A DNA stretch of 64,000 bases from a virus (taxonomy: Duplodnaviria; Heunggongvirae; Uroviricota; Caudoviricetes). The translations under genes were made by a program, and so were the position numbers. The stretch's first letter is position 1, and the number at the start of each line of letters is the position of its first letter. This document shows positions 29,082 to 38,253 of this stretch, one piece after another. Location: IMG/VR virus record IMGVR_UViG_3300025015_000009, positions 64,001 to 128,000 of that record. One strand, written 5' to 3'. The notes under the pieces are model-generated. The model saw only the letters and a program-made list of their open reading frames with translations, was not told the origin of the DNA and made no database searches.

Positions 29082-29410
29082 TATGCTGCCTCGTAGGTGT
29101 TAATAGGAGTTGGGAGTATATCTGTCAGATGAAGTTCTGTCGGATTGTACGTTAGTTTTTCTGAGAAATCGAGTTGGTTCTTTTCAGTCTGAGTCATTGC
29201 GGTGTCGCTTAACATTGCATACTCGGTAAGTTTTACAACTACACCGGGGTGACTCTTTTCCATCTTAGTTTTTATTGCTTCTATTAGAACCTCTTGATCT
29301 ACCTGCATGTAATTAGGAATACGGATTATGTAGTTGGTCGCTTCACAGTGACTACCTGACAGTAGTGTATCTCCCGAGATCTTATATTCAATAGTAAACG
29401 CAAACTTCAT
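29081..29410 (-). CDS. Hypothetical protein
   Basis: ORF track. Confidence 0.6.
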   Translation of the reverse strand: MKFAFTIEYKISGDTLLSGSHCEATNYIIRIPNYMQVDQEVLIEAIKTKMEKSHPGVVVKLTEYAMLSDTAMTQTEKNQLDFSEKLTYNPTELHLTDILPTPINTYEAA

Positions 29411-29411
29411 A

Positions 29412-29561
29412 TTAACTTGCGTCCTTAGGATCCAATCGTTCTTTTAAGAACCTAAACACCTTACGCATGTTATCAAATACGTACTCTTCTGAAGAGTCTT
29501 CACTGTTTATCATAACAACGAACCCGTTTTTTGCTTTTCTAATCTCGACTGTGTCTATCAT
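29412..29561 (-). CDS. Small hypothetical protein (49 aa)
   Basis: Manual: MIDTVEIRKAKNGFVV...; AGGA RBS; sigma70-like promoter upstream. Confidence 0.6.
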   Translation of the reverse strand: MIDTVEIRKAKNGFVVMINSEDSSEEYVFDNMRKVFRFLKERLDPKDAS

Positions 29562-29687
29562 TATGTTCCTGTCATTGGTTGTGTTGCATAGTAGTAACTA
29601 TACTATAACACTAAGCCGATGTCAATTTGTACCTCACCAAAACTACTAATGCCCGAAATTAGATAAATATCAAATACTAGGATCAAT

Positions 29688-30044
29688 ATGACAAATTGGG
29701 AACTCACTATTCAAACCATCAGCTCAACAACCTTTATAAATAATGCATTACTGGTTGCGTTCTTTGTTATCTTCTCTGTTGCTTTTTCAAAAGAAAACAA
29801 GAACGAAAAAAGTCCAGTCCAATGGATAGATGCGATAATCGATAAGAAACAAAACCGAATCAGCGTCAGTAAACTGGGGCAGTTCTTTGGCATAGCAGTG
29901 TCAACGTGGGTTATTATTACTTTATCACAAAACCCAGCTGCATATGGGATCTTTCCTGCGGTATTTGCTATGTGGTTAGCATTCTTGGGCGGGACTTGGT
30001 CGTATAGTCAGTACGTTAAAACAACTCAAATAAACAAGGAATAA
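29688..30044 (+). CDS. Three-TM membrane protein, possibly holin-like
   Basis: Three hydrophobic segments; TAAATA upstream. Confidence 0.45.
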   Translation: MTNWELTIQTISSTTFINNALLVAFFVIFSVAFSKENKNEKSPVQWIDAIIDKKQNRISVSKLGQFFGIAVSTWVIITLSQNPAAYGIFPAVFAMWLAFLGGTWSYSQYVKTTQINKE

Positions 30045-30047
30045 TGC

Positions 30048-31190
30048 ATGCCTGGAATTAAAAAAAGTTGGGATTTTACCTCTGACGTTGCTCCGGGCAA
30101 GCTATTGAAGATAGATGCTGAGAATATACCAGACGACTTCTCACTGTATGCAAAGAAGTTGCTACCTTCTGAAGCAGAACAGGCGGCCGCGGTTGCACTA
30201 GCAAACAAGATAAAGAAGTACCAAACCGAACTTGCTAAACTAAAGAAACAACTTGCTGTTACTAACAAAAAACCTGCAATCAATACAACCACGCTGAAAC
30301 TATTCTCATACATCGACAAGCACTGTTCGAGTGTGGTTGCTACTGTTCGATCAACAAAAAAGGTACTGTATAGAGGTATGGATCAGGACGCCCCGTATTT
30401 TATCGGGCACCCGAGAAAAAATAGACACCCAAAAGATTCGTCTACTAGTAGTCAGAAGCAACTGGACAAGCTATTGTCCTCGCTTGGTTTTACTGCATTG
30501 CGTCAAAATAGTTTATTCGTAACATCAAATCCGAACTTTGCAGCACAATATGGTGACATATATGTTATCTTCCCTAAGGATCCATTTACCTTTACTTGGA
30601 GCTCTGAGTATGACGATGTAGTAATAGACGAACTAGACCTATTAGGTATCGACAATTTTGCCCTATTAGTAAACATAGAAGGTGCGTTCGCCGGCTATCG
30701 CAATGCTCTAAACACGTTTCTTTCAACAAATAAGTTGTCCCCACCATTGTCATCTGCACTTAGTAGAGCGTTACGCCAAGCCGACATTATTGCCGATAAG
30801 ATTGATCATTCACTACCGCACTTCTCTGGAAAAGCAATACAAAATAAGTACATCGACGATTACTTAAAATTCTGTGCATATCTTAATAAGGCAGTCCCTC
30901 AACTAGCGCAATCCAGCACACTAGTTCCTATTTCTAAAGAGATCTCAGCTATACTGCATCGAAAGAAAGAAACAACACAGTCAGCGTCTGCGTATTTAAA
31001 AGGCACGCCTGCGTCAGTTCTAGCAAGAAACCTCGTAACCAAGCATGGATTTAAGAACACAAACCTCGAAGCTGCAATAAAATCTGGACACGAGATATAC
31101 ATACATGGCGAGTATATCGCATTGCGTTTAAGTGAATTCGGTAGCGCAATTACTAAGTATTACCTTAAACCAATTGTAAAGAAGGCATAA
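30048..31190 (+). CDS. ADP-ribosyltransferase-like protein, paralog 4
   Basis: LYRG, RHPKDS, RQNSLFVTS, AAQYG, IFP...FTWS, GHEIY; N-terminus resembles 25912..27117. Confidence 0.65.
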   Translation: MPGIKKSWDFTSDVAPGKLLKIDAENIPDDFSLYAKKLLPSEAEQAAAVALANKIKKYQTELAKLKKQLAVTNKKPAINTTTLKLFSYIDKHCSSVVATVRSTKKVLYRGMDQDAPYFIGHPRKNRHPKDSSTSSQKQLDKLLSSLGFTALRQNSLFVTSNPNFAAQYGDIYVIFPKDPFTFTWSSEYDDVVIDELDLLGIDNFALLVNIEGAFAGYRNALNTFLSTNKLSPPLSSALSRALRQADIIADKIDHSLPHFSGKAIQNKYIDDYLKFCAYLNKAVPQLAQSSTLVPISKEISAILHRKKETTQSASAYLKGTPASVLARNLVTKHGFKNTNLEAAIKSGHEIYIHGEYIALRLSEFGSAITKYYLKPIVKKA

Positions 31191-31903
31191 TGTTTATATC
31201 TGAACTTTTTACCCCGACCTTAGCCGAAGGGCTGCACGACACAAACATATTCAAAGCCGTCTTTGTAGTTGGGCCTCCTGGGGCTGGTAAAGACACTGTT
31301 ATTTCGGCGCTTGACCTAACTAACCAACTCAAGAGCATCGACATCGACGACGTGATCTATCGGTTGAAGAACATACAGCAACAGAAACATCGAACCGAAC
31401 TAACACCAGGCTACAACCAACAAACATACGACATCGTTAACAAGCGGCAATCACTGTGGGTACAAAACTACCTAGGGTTACTTCTTAACCAGACTGGTCG
31501 GAACTACGAGCTGATCGCTGATACAAATAGAATGCTATTAGACGCTGGGTATTCGACGTATATGATCTTTATTAACACTGAAGAAGAAATGGCATTTACT
31601 CGAGTTAACGATCGAGTTAACACCGATTTGCTGCCAGGTCAGAAGAATAAAGACATAGGAAGAACAGTAGATGAACCGTATTTTGACAAAACATATAAAG
31701 CGGTACAACAAAACCGAGTTATGTTCAGCTTACTGTTCGGAAAGAACTTTGCATATATAGATAACAGCGAGGAACTATCTCCTGCTGATCTTCGAGCCGA
31801 AGTTGCTCAGGTAAGGCGAAAAGTTGCTGCGTTCTTAGCGGCACCACTTAGCGGCAAAGCACTAAGCATCACAAGTCGAATTGCACCGAAACGAACTACT
31901 TGA
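31190..31903 (+). CDS. P-loop kinase (zeta-toxin/AAA_33-like)
   Basis: LAE-GLHDTNIFKAVFVVGPPGAGKD; A..RV..R lid. Confidence 0.6.
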   Translation: MFISELFTPTLAEGLHDTNIFKAVFVVGPPGAGKDTVISALDLTNQLKSIDIDDVIYRLKNIQQQKHRTELTPGYNQQTYDIVNKRQSLWVQNYLGLLLNQTGRNYELIADTNRMLLDAGYSTYMIFINTEEEMAFTRVNDRVNTDLLPGQKNKDIGRTVDEPYFDKTYKAVQQNRVMFSLLFGKNFAYIDNSEELSPADLRAEVAQVRRKVAAFLAAPLSGKALSITSRIAPKRTT

Positions 31904-32198
31904 TGTGATTTGCCATTACACAGAAGACTAACCGCATTTCAACACTCTGGTAGAAGTCAGGCCAGATCTTCAATAGCTCTGCTTCACCTACCCGATCGTA
32001 CTTCTTTTCTTTACTTCGTTGAACTTCATCTAAATCATAACAACATGTATGCCGTTTAAAGTTAACGGTTTTCCCACGCGCTCCCCAACACGCATAATAA
32101 CTATCGTTTAGTTCAAAGGAAGCCCAGATCTTATCGTGCTCACCTTTACTGTCTTTATTATGACACCACCCAATAAACCTAAACTCTAGAGCAGCCAT
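31896..32198 (-). CDS. Hypothetical protein, WGR-like
   Basis: KIW...CWGARGK. Confidence 0.55.
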   Translation of the reverse strand: MAALEFRFIGWCHNKDSKGEHDKIWASFELNDSYYACWGARGKTVNFKRHTCCYDLDEVQRSKEKKYDRVGEAELLKIWPDFYQSVEMRLVFCVMANHIK

Positions 32199-32213
32199 TT
32201 CCTTCTCCTTAAC

Positions 32214-33470
32214 TTATGCGAGCTCAGCCAACGTATTCGCTGTTGTCTTGTCAAACCTAACCACGGCGAGTCTCGGCAAAAACAACGACGCCTTATCTTT
32301 CCCTTTGGATGTTATTTTTTGATTATACGTTACCTCAACCACTGAGCCAATAAGCGATTGATTAATCCACATTTCTTTACGCTGCTCGTCACTTAAGCCG
32401 GTACCAACATTTACCCGTAATAGTGAGTCGGATGTTTCACATACCAACGCACCGACCATACCAACATACTTACCGGTGCCTTCAACTATGTCGACAACAA
32501 CAAGATCAGCAGTGTTGATCTCTTTCAGCTTACACAGATCTTTGCTGCGTTTAGGAACCCACAGGTGGTTCATGTTCTTAATAATAGCGCCTTCTTGGCC
32601 TTGTGACAATTGCTCTGCGAAGAACTGCATAGCCTCGTTTTCGTCAGCAACAACAACCGATGTTACTGCTGAGATCCTGTCGTTTATTTTATTACCGAGT
32701 CGTGATAACAATGTGCTGAACCGCACAGTATAAGGAATGGTGCCTGTGAAATCTACTATGTCCCATACTACCGCAACAATCATGTCTGCTTCAGCTTGAG
32801 TAATGGTGCCTTTGTTTGCCTTATTAAGAATACCGTTGCCGATCTCCCTGGGCGCAATCTTACCGTTTTGAACTACGAGCAATTCGCCGTCCCAGCAATC
32901 ACCTTTTGCCATAATTGGTGCAGCCGTCTTATCAAGTGACCCACGCAACTGAAATTCTTTTCCAGATCGGCTCATCGCCTTAACTGTTGTCCCATCAAAA
33001 TACAGATGCACACGCGCTCCATCACATTTAGTTTGGGCATATGCTGGGTATTTAATACGACTCATATCCTTGTCGCACAACATAACATCAAACGTTGGCA
33101 CAAGCCCTGGCCACACACGGGAGGCCAATGTATCACTTGTACCACAACGTAGATCGCGCAAGATGATTCGTTCAACTACAACTGGCTCGGTACAATACGT
33201 TAGCACGTTTCTGAGCAACGCAACCGCATCATTTCCTGTTACTTCACGGCGTTGAAGCTTTTCTATAAAAGTCAGAGCCCAAGGAAGATCGCTTGTTGGT
33301 TCATTGTCGTACTCTGGTATTGCTTTGATCCCATAGGTAATCATCGGATTATATGCCGCTTGAAATACTTGCTTCAACAGCATATTATCTTTCTCACGTT
33401 TCAGAATTGCTTCTTTTCCAAGTGTAGAAGAAGTAGCAGCAAGTTCATCTAAAATTTGAAGAATTGTCAT
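32214..33470 (-). CDS. ATP-dependent DNA ligase (T4 gp30-like)
   Basis: QTKCDGAR, DGEL, WD, EGAIIK, KLKE, VGTG; start MTILQ. Confidence 0.93.
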   Translation of the reverse strand: MTILQILDELAATSSTLGKEAILKREKDNMLLKQVFQAAYNPMITYGIKAIPEYDNEPTSDLPWALTFIEKLQRREVTGNDAVALLRNVLTYCTEPVVVERIILRDLRCGTSDTLASRVWPGLVPTFDVMLCDKDMSRIKYPAYAQTKCDGARVHLYFDGTTVKAMSRSGKEFQLRGSLDKTAAPIMAKGDCWDGELLVVQNGKIAPREIGNGILNKANKGTITQAEADMIVAVVWDIVDFTGTIPYTVRFSTLLSRLGNKINDRISAVTSVVVADENEAMQFFAEQLSQGQEGAIIKNMNHLWVPKRSKDLCKLKEINTADLVVVDIVEGTGKYVGMVGALVCETSDSLLRVNVGTGLSDEQRKEMWINQSLIGSVVEVTYNQKITSKGKDKASLFLPRLAVVRFDKTTANTLAELA

Positions 33471-33476
33471 CTTTGA

Positions 33477-33533
33477 CTCCGTTTCGTTATTCAATGTAAA
33501 CATTATACACTCTTTAACCAAAAAGTCAACCGA
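33477..33533 (-). promoter_or_regulatory. Early promoter cassette, copy D
   Basis: Near-identical to copy A, similarity extends about 45 nt further upstream. Confidence 0.85.
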
Positions 33534-33571
33534 AAGATACCCGTTGTAACTAGTTGATTATTATATTTAAT

Positions 33572-34111
33572 TTAGTTGGGTGTGCTGGACAATATCGACA
33601 TTAACGCTTGATAGGTTCCGTTAATCCACCACTCTTTTGTTCCATCTGCGTATATAACAGCGGGGCCATCTTCTTTGTGCAACTGGCCGTTGCTGTACCA
33701 GGCCGTACTTCCATCTGCCCTGCTAACAGCTGGGCCATCTTCTCTGTACCGTTCGCCGTTGACCCACCACTCTTTGGATCCATCTGTGTATTCAACAGCT
33801 GGGCCATCTTCTCTATGCCGTTCGCCGTTGATGTACCACTCCTTGCCTCCATCTGCGTATATAACAGCGGGGCCGTCTGCTCGATGCCGGCGACCGTTAG
33901 TCCACCACGTGGTGGTTCCATCTGCGTACTCAACAGCGGGACCATCTTCTCTGTGGCGTTTGCCATTAATCCACCACTGCTTCGTTCCATTTGCTTGTTC
34001 AACAGCGGGGCCATCTTCTCTGTGGCGCTCACCGTTGACTTGCCATTCTCTGCCCCCACTTGTGTCGGTGGTCATTATTGGCGATGTTAGAAACTGATTA
34101 GAATTAGTCAA
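33572..34111 (-). CDS. HREDGPAV repeat protein 3
   Basis: Tandem 22-aa repeats; TTG start. Confidence 0.8.
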   Translation of the reverse strand: MTNSNQFLTSPIMTTDTSGGREWQVNGERHREDGPAVEQANGTKQWWINGKRHREDGPAVEYADGTTTWWTNGRRHRADGPAVIYADGGKEWYINGERHREDGPAVEYTDGSKEWWVNGERYREDGPAVSRADGSTAWYSNGQLHKEDGPAVIYADGTKEWWINGTYQALMSILSSTPN

Positions 34112-34154
34112 CGTAGACCTGTACTTTCCATTGACATAATGTTAACTCACAGTG

Positions 34155-34204
34155 CTATTCAATGTAAATATTATACACTCTTTAACCAAAAAGTCAACCG
34201 AAAA
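34155..34204 (-). promoter_or_regulatory. Early promoter cassette, copy E
   Basis: Same TTGACT/TATAAT core. Confidence 0.85.
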
Positions 34205-34312
34205 TAAGATATAGTTAAATCACTGACTTAGTATACTATTCCGTACAATATACACCAAACCTCAAGTGACAGTCGGTACAAACCGTATACTAAGAGAAGA
34301 GTAAGTAATGTG

Positions 34313-34465
34313 TTACGAGTTATTTCCTGAGTTGGGGTCATTATAGATAAGTTGTTCATTAGATGGGGCCATAAGTTGTTCGAATTGGTCGTCAGTGATA
34401 GGAACATCACTGTTAACCGGAAAGAGAATTTCGTCCCAAGTGTATTGTCGCAATAGTGTTGTCAT
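34313..34465 (-). CDS. Small hypothetical protein (50 aa) coupled to flgK
   Basis: ATGA overlap with the flgK stop; MTTLLRQYTWDEILFP... Confidence 0.5.
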   Translation of the reverse strand: MTTLLRQYTWDEILFPVNSDVPITDDQFEQLMAPSNEQLIYNDPNSGNNS

Positions 34466-35484
34466 ACAATCGCAATCAGTGTATCAAAATTCTCTTTCTC
34501 GATTTGTATCACCTTAGACATCGCATCGTATAACTGCGTTGCACGTTGAATTTTCATTGTTTCGTCAACTACATTAACGCCGAACATCTGCTGATACGAA
34601 TCAAGTAATCGCTGCTTTGCTTCGGTGTCTGACAGTGTTTGAGTATCAATTTGATGTGAGACAATACCTAACTGTTGTAATATATCACCCATTGCTGTTG
34701 CTAACGTATCACCTGTTATCGAAGATGTTACTATCTGCGCACCCGTTAGTTGGTTGCTGTCATAATGCACTACCCCCGTTGATGTTCTGGTAATAGGCGA
34801 ACTACCAAACTCTGTGTTAATTTTAGCGATAGCTTTATCTAGTACAGCGTCAAACTTACCCTCTAGGTCAGGAATCACCCTGGTTATGAGATCCCCTTGA
34901 CCTCGCATCTTACCTTCAAGAGTAGAGAGTTCTTCTTGAACTGATGAGCGAACAGTATCATCAGTTATCAGTGACAACTGCACTTGGAGTTGCACAAGGC
35001 GGTCGGCATCGATGTTTTGCTGTTTCTGGATATTTGCTTTGACATCGGCGACAGACGAAGACCACGTATTGATATCAGCGGCCAACTGCTTACCGTAATG
35101 ATCTACATTTGCTTTGTTGCCAGCTGGATTACCTTTTTGTCGGAAGTCGTACACTGCACCTACAAACGAATCCCATGTATCTGCAATGTTAGAGTTTCTA
35201 GCAGAGAATTCTAAATCTTTTAAAGTTCGTTGTACCGTTTCGTCACTCACAACCAACTTAATAGACTCGTTCTTAGCTCGTTCCATGTTCGAGTCAAACC
35301 GACGTACCGCCGCAGCATCGACTCCTGCACGAATAGCACGTTCAGTATAGACAACGTCTGATCGAACAAACCCATTAGTATCTGCATTTGCTATATTGTG
35401 AGATGCAACTTTTATTTGCGCTTGAGCGGCTGCTAGGCCCGAAGAACCTATTCCGAACATTTGAGCATTTGATATTATAGCCAT
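34462..35484 (-). CDS. flgK: Flagellar hook-associated protein FlgK-like (shortened)
   Basis: SGLAAAQAQIKVASHNIANADTNGFVR N-terminus; GVNVVDET...YDAMSKVIQ...FDTLI C-terminus. Confidence 0.85.
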   Translation of the reverse strand: MAIISNAQMFGIGSSGLAAAQAQIKVASHNIANADTNGFVRSDVVYTERAIRAGVDAAAVRRFDSNMERAKNESIKLVVSDETVQRTLKDLEFSARNSNIADTWDSFVGAVYDFRQKGNPAGNKANVDHYGKQLAADINTWSSSVADVKANIQKQQNIDADRLVQLQVQLSLITDDTVRSSVQEELSTLEGKMRGQGDLITRVIPDLEGKFDAVLDKAIAKINTEFGSSPITRTSTGVVHYDSNQLTGAQIVTSSITGDTLATAMGDILQQLGIVSHQIDTQTLSDTEAKQRLLDSYQQMFGVNVVDETMKIQRATQLYDAMSKVIQIEKENFDTLIAIV

Positions 35485-35491
35485 TTGCTAT

Positions 35492-35518
35492 AAGGAGAGG
35501 ATTGTTAGCCCTCTCCTT
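35492..35518 (-). promoter_or_regulatory. 9-bp hairpin between fliC and flgK
   Basis: AAGGAGAGG / CCTCTCCTT perfect stem sequestering the only SD-like sequence before flgK. Confidence 0.55.
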
Positions 35519-35527
35519 CCTATTATG

Positions 35528-36343
35528 TTAACGTAGCAAACCTAACAAAGTTTGTGGCATCGAGTTTGTTATTGCTAAACTCTGCACCATTAACTGTTGT
35601 TTAACTTGCAACTGTGCTAATTGGGCAGACAACGCCGGGATATCAGCATCTTCGATCGAAGATATCGAACTCTGAAGATTCAGTTTATTTGCTGCGGCTG
35701 ACTCTGCTGTCTTCTCGATACCAGTGATCTGTGTTCCGATAATTGCTTGGTTAGACGCAACTGTTGCTACTGCTGCGTCAAGAGCTGTCATCGCTGCGGC
35801 AGAGGTTGTTGGATCTGTGAGTACTTCCGCTGTCAGGGCCAACGTTGCAGCATCGCTCTTAACCGCGGTAATAGTCTTAGTATTACCAGAGTTAATTCCA
35901 GACTGGATAGTTACGTTCGCTGCGGCAGTTCCTGTTAAGTTTTGGCCGAACAAGTTTGCAGTATTAACAGCATTGTCTAGCTGAGTTTTTAGTTCAGTGA
36001 ATTGCGAAACAATAGCTGCGCGTTGATCCGCACTTAACAGCGCGCTGGATGCCTGTGTTGCAAGATCCTTCATCTGAAGCAGAGTACTTTGCTGACTATT
36101 CAGAGACGTTTCTGCTGTCTTCAGCAACGATTTGCCAGCAGATAGGTTCTTTGCTACCGCGTTATATGACGACTCTTGCGCTTTTAGCGTTGACAGAATA
36201 CCAACGCCTGCTGGATCGTCTGCGGCAGTTAGAATACGCTTGCCACTGGATATTTGCTGTGATACTTTTGAAATGTCTTCTGTGTTACGGTTTAGTTGCA
36301 ATGCACCAAACAACGATGAAATATTTGTATTAAGTGATAACAT
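35528..36343 (-). CDS. fliC: Flagellin (minimal, D0/D1 only)
   Basis: LNTNISSL...ISSGKRILTAADDPAG N-terminus; SIEDADI...ITNSMPQTLLGLLR C-terminus. Confidence 0.92.
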   Translation of the reverse strand: MLSLNTNISSLFGALQLNRNTEDISKVSQQISSGKRILTAADDPAGVGILSTLKAQESSYNAVAKNLSAGKSLLKTAETSLNSQQSTLLQMKDLATQASSALLSADQRAAIVSQFTELKTQLDNAVNTANLFGQNLTGTAAANVTIQSGINSGNTKTITAVKSDAATLALTAEVLTDPTTSAAAMTALDAAVATVASNQAIIGTQITGIEKTAESAAANKLNLQSSISSIEDADIPALSAQLAQLQVKQQLMVQSLAITNSMPQTLLGLLR

Positions 36344-36428
36344 TTTGATTCTCCTTAGGATTAATTCTAACGCTTATTACAGCGTCCTGTTTAAAGGAGC
36401 AACAACAGGGTTTGCTTACTTCTACTAG

Positions 36429-36436
36429 TATTTATC
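36429..36436 (-). promoter_or_regulatory. T4-like late promoter upstream of flagellin
   Basis: GATAAATA about 85 nt before the fliC ATG. Confidence 0.55.
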
Positions 36437-36464
36437 ACATCCAATGCAGCATTATGTGATAGTA

Positions 36465-36797
36465 TTATTCAGTTACTAACAACTTTAAGAAACCGATCTC
36501 ATCTTTAAATACGTACACAGTAAATCGATTAATCGATGCTTCTTTTGCTTTTGTTAAGATCTTAATGAACCCTGAAAACAGCAAGTTCTGCTCGTTTTCA
36601 GGTAAGTTTATGTTTAAATCAACAGTCAGATACTCCAGAATAGTAACAGCACTGTCTAGACCTGAGTACCTCTTAACCTTACTGTTGCTGGTGTCTTGGT
36701 ATTCTGTCAGGTACAATATAAGAGAACGCAAGATCTTGTTGTTAACCTGGGCAGGTGTTCCGGTGTCGGCAGCAACATTCTTGTATAATTGTATCAT
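36465..36797 (-). CDS. fliS: FliS-like flagellin chaperone
   Basis: LYKNVAADTGTPAQV matches the FliS Y...T.SP.QL pattern; helical, 110 aa; directly upstream of fliC. Confidence 0.55.
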   Translation of the reverse strand: MIQLYKNVAADTGTPAQVNNKILRSLILYLTEYQDTSNSKVKRYSGLDSAVTILEYLTVDLNINLPENEQNLLFSGFIKILTKAKEASINRFTVYVFKDEIGFLKLLVTE

Positions 36798-36856
36798 AAT
36801 ATCCTCTACTTAGTATAAACATTAACACAATTGTCTGACTAGCACAACCTGGTATA

Positions 36857-37036
36857 TTACCGTTTCCAGCGTTTACCAGATCGAGAACAAAAATAATGTG
36901 CTCGCGGAGTGACATTAGACGTCGTTACTGTCCAAGTTGACGTAGCCCTCGCGGTCGGGTACACGTTCGAGTAACACGCGCCCGAGTATGCATTAACGGT
37001 GTTATTACGAAACCATCCGAGAAATGAAAACCCCAT
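36857..37036 (-). CDS. Small hypothetical protein (59 aa)
   Basis: Manual; AGGAG RBS. Confidence 0.45.
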   Translation of the reverse strand: MGFSFLGWFRNNTVNAYSGACYSNVYPTARATSTWTVTTSNVTPRAHYFCSRSGKRWKR

Positions 37037-37045
37037 ACTAATCTC

Positions 37046-37963
37046 CTATGTCCAAAGATTCTTACGAACATTGATAAGCCGAGTCAAACACTCAGTGTCT
37101 TCTTTGTCGTACCTTGCTTCTATCGAATGCATCTTTTTAAGCAACTTACGCAATAGTGCTCGCGTTTCTTTGTTTTCGTTTGTTGATGAGATCCACAAGA
37201 CATCCTCGTCATCCTCATCAGGATTGTCGGCTTTTCTCTTAGCTTTCTGAGCGGCATAATATGCATCTAGTCCACTTGCTTCATGCGGATCAGGTCTAGC
37301 TGGTCGAGTAACAGTCCACCAGTTATACAGATACAACACCTCTGCTGCTGTTTTAGCTTGATCTGTTGGTTGGTTGTACCGTTTGTTTGCAAGTCGTTCT
37401 GCTGCGACCTTCTCTGGTTCGGTTTTCTCTCGCCAGTTGTACCCGAACCATTCGTCGTCTTGCTTCAGTGTTGCTTCCCAAGTCAAGTACTCTATTCCTA
37501 GTCTGGGCTCATTAAATCGGCACATATACCTATATGGCCACTTCCGCTTCCAGAAAGGCAACACACCGTCGTATTTCTTGCTGTGACAAACATATTCCAT
37601 CCAGGCTTTTTCGTCCTCGACAAATCGCCGTAGCGTGTCAAACACTCCGTGAAGCAGCCTTGTATCAAAATCTGCCCACTCCCCAGGGGGTAACCCTGTG
37701 GTCATAACATGCGTTTTTTCTATGAAACGGTTATTAAAGTAGTACGACAAGCTATATAGTTTATCGTACGGGTAATACACAAAATTCTGAATCGAATCAA
37801 TTAAATCATCAGTGACCCAATAGAACAGAGGGCTCGCCTCTTTTGCAGCTTTACGATAATCTCGCCATTCTTCTGATGTTCCTGAGGCAAGCATCGCAGG
37901 AATTCCTGCAAACTTCCGTATGCGATCAGCTGTCTTGCTTAGACTCCAATATGTTTTTCTCAT
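37046..37963 (-). CDS. Conserved phage hypothetical protein
   Basis: 305-aa ORF. Confidence 0.75.
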   Translation of the reverse strand: MRKTYWSLSKTADRIRKFAGIPAMLASGTSEEWRDYRKAAKEASPLFYWVTDDLIDSIQNFVYYPYDKLYSLSYYFNNRFIEKTHVMTTGLPPGEWADFDTRLLHGVFDTLRRFVEDEKAWMEYVCHSKKYDGVLPFWKRKWPYRYMCRFNEPRLGIEYLTWEATLKQDDEWFGYNWREKTEPEKVAAERLANKRYNQPTDQAKTAAEVLYLYNWWTVTRPARPDPHEASGLDAYYAAQKAKRKADNPDEDDEDVLWISSTNENKETRALLRKLLKKMHSIEARYDKEDTECLTRLINVRKNLWT

Positions 37964-37980
37964 TGCCTCTCTGCCTACGG

Positions 37981-38253
37981 TTAGTACTTCTCAGTTACAA
38001 CGCCTCGGCTCACTAAATTGTGCAGCGGAGTACAATGTGCGCGGATAAAGGCTCTCTCTGCCGTTTTCCATTTTGCTGATACTGCTCGTACACCATGACT
38101 ACCTTTTTGATGCAACGATGCAAATATCTGTGACATAACTGTGGCGCGCGGGTATCTCGAACCGCGATGGGGATAGAACCGGGCAGTTGCAATCTCTCGA
38201 CCATGACGGCGTGCTAGTGTGGTTCCAGATACGTACATCTTCACAATGAACAT
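37981..38253 (-). CDS. Hypothetical protein
   Basis: ORF track. Confidence 0.4.
   Translation of the reverse strand: MFIVKMYVSGTTLARRHGREIATARFYPHRGSRYPRATVMSQIFASLHQKGSHGVRAVSAKWKTAERAFIRAHCTPLHNLVSRGVVTEKY

Noticed and set aside
18786-34111. 66-nt tandem repeats as a CRISPR array or DGR template/variable repeats
   Set aside because: They are in-frame coding repeats without unique spacers; no cas or reverse transcriptase gene in the window; variation is not adenine-specific by eye
34462-36797. Flagellar genes as host contamination
   Set aside because: Flanked by the phage promoter cassette and phage hypotheticals, carry a TAAATA motif, and no other flagellar operon genes are present; read mapping is still needed to exclude a chimera
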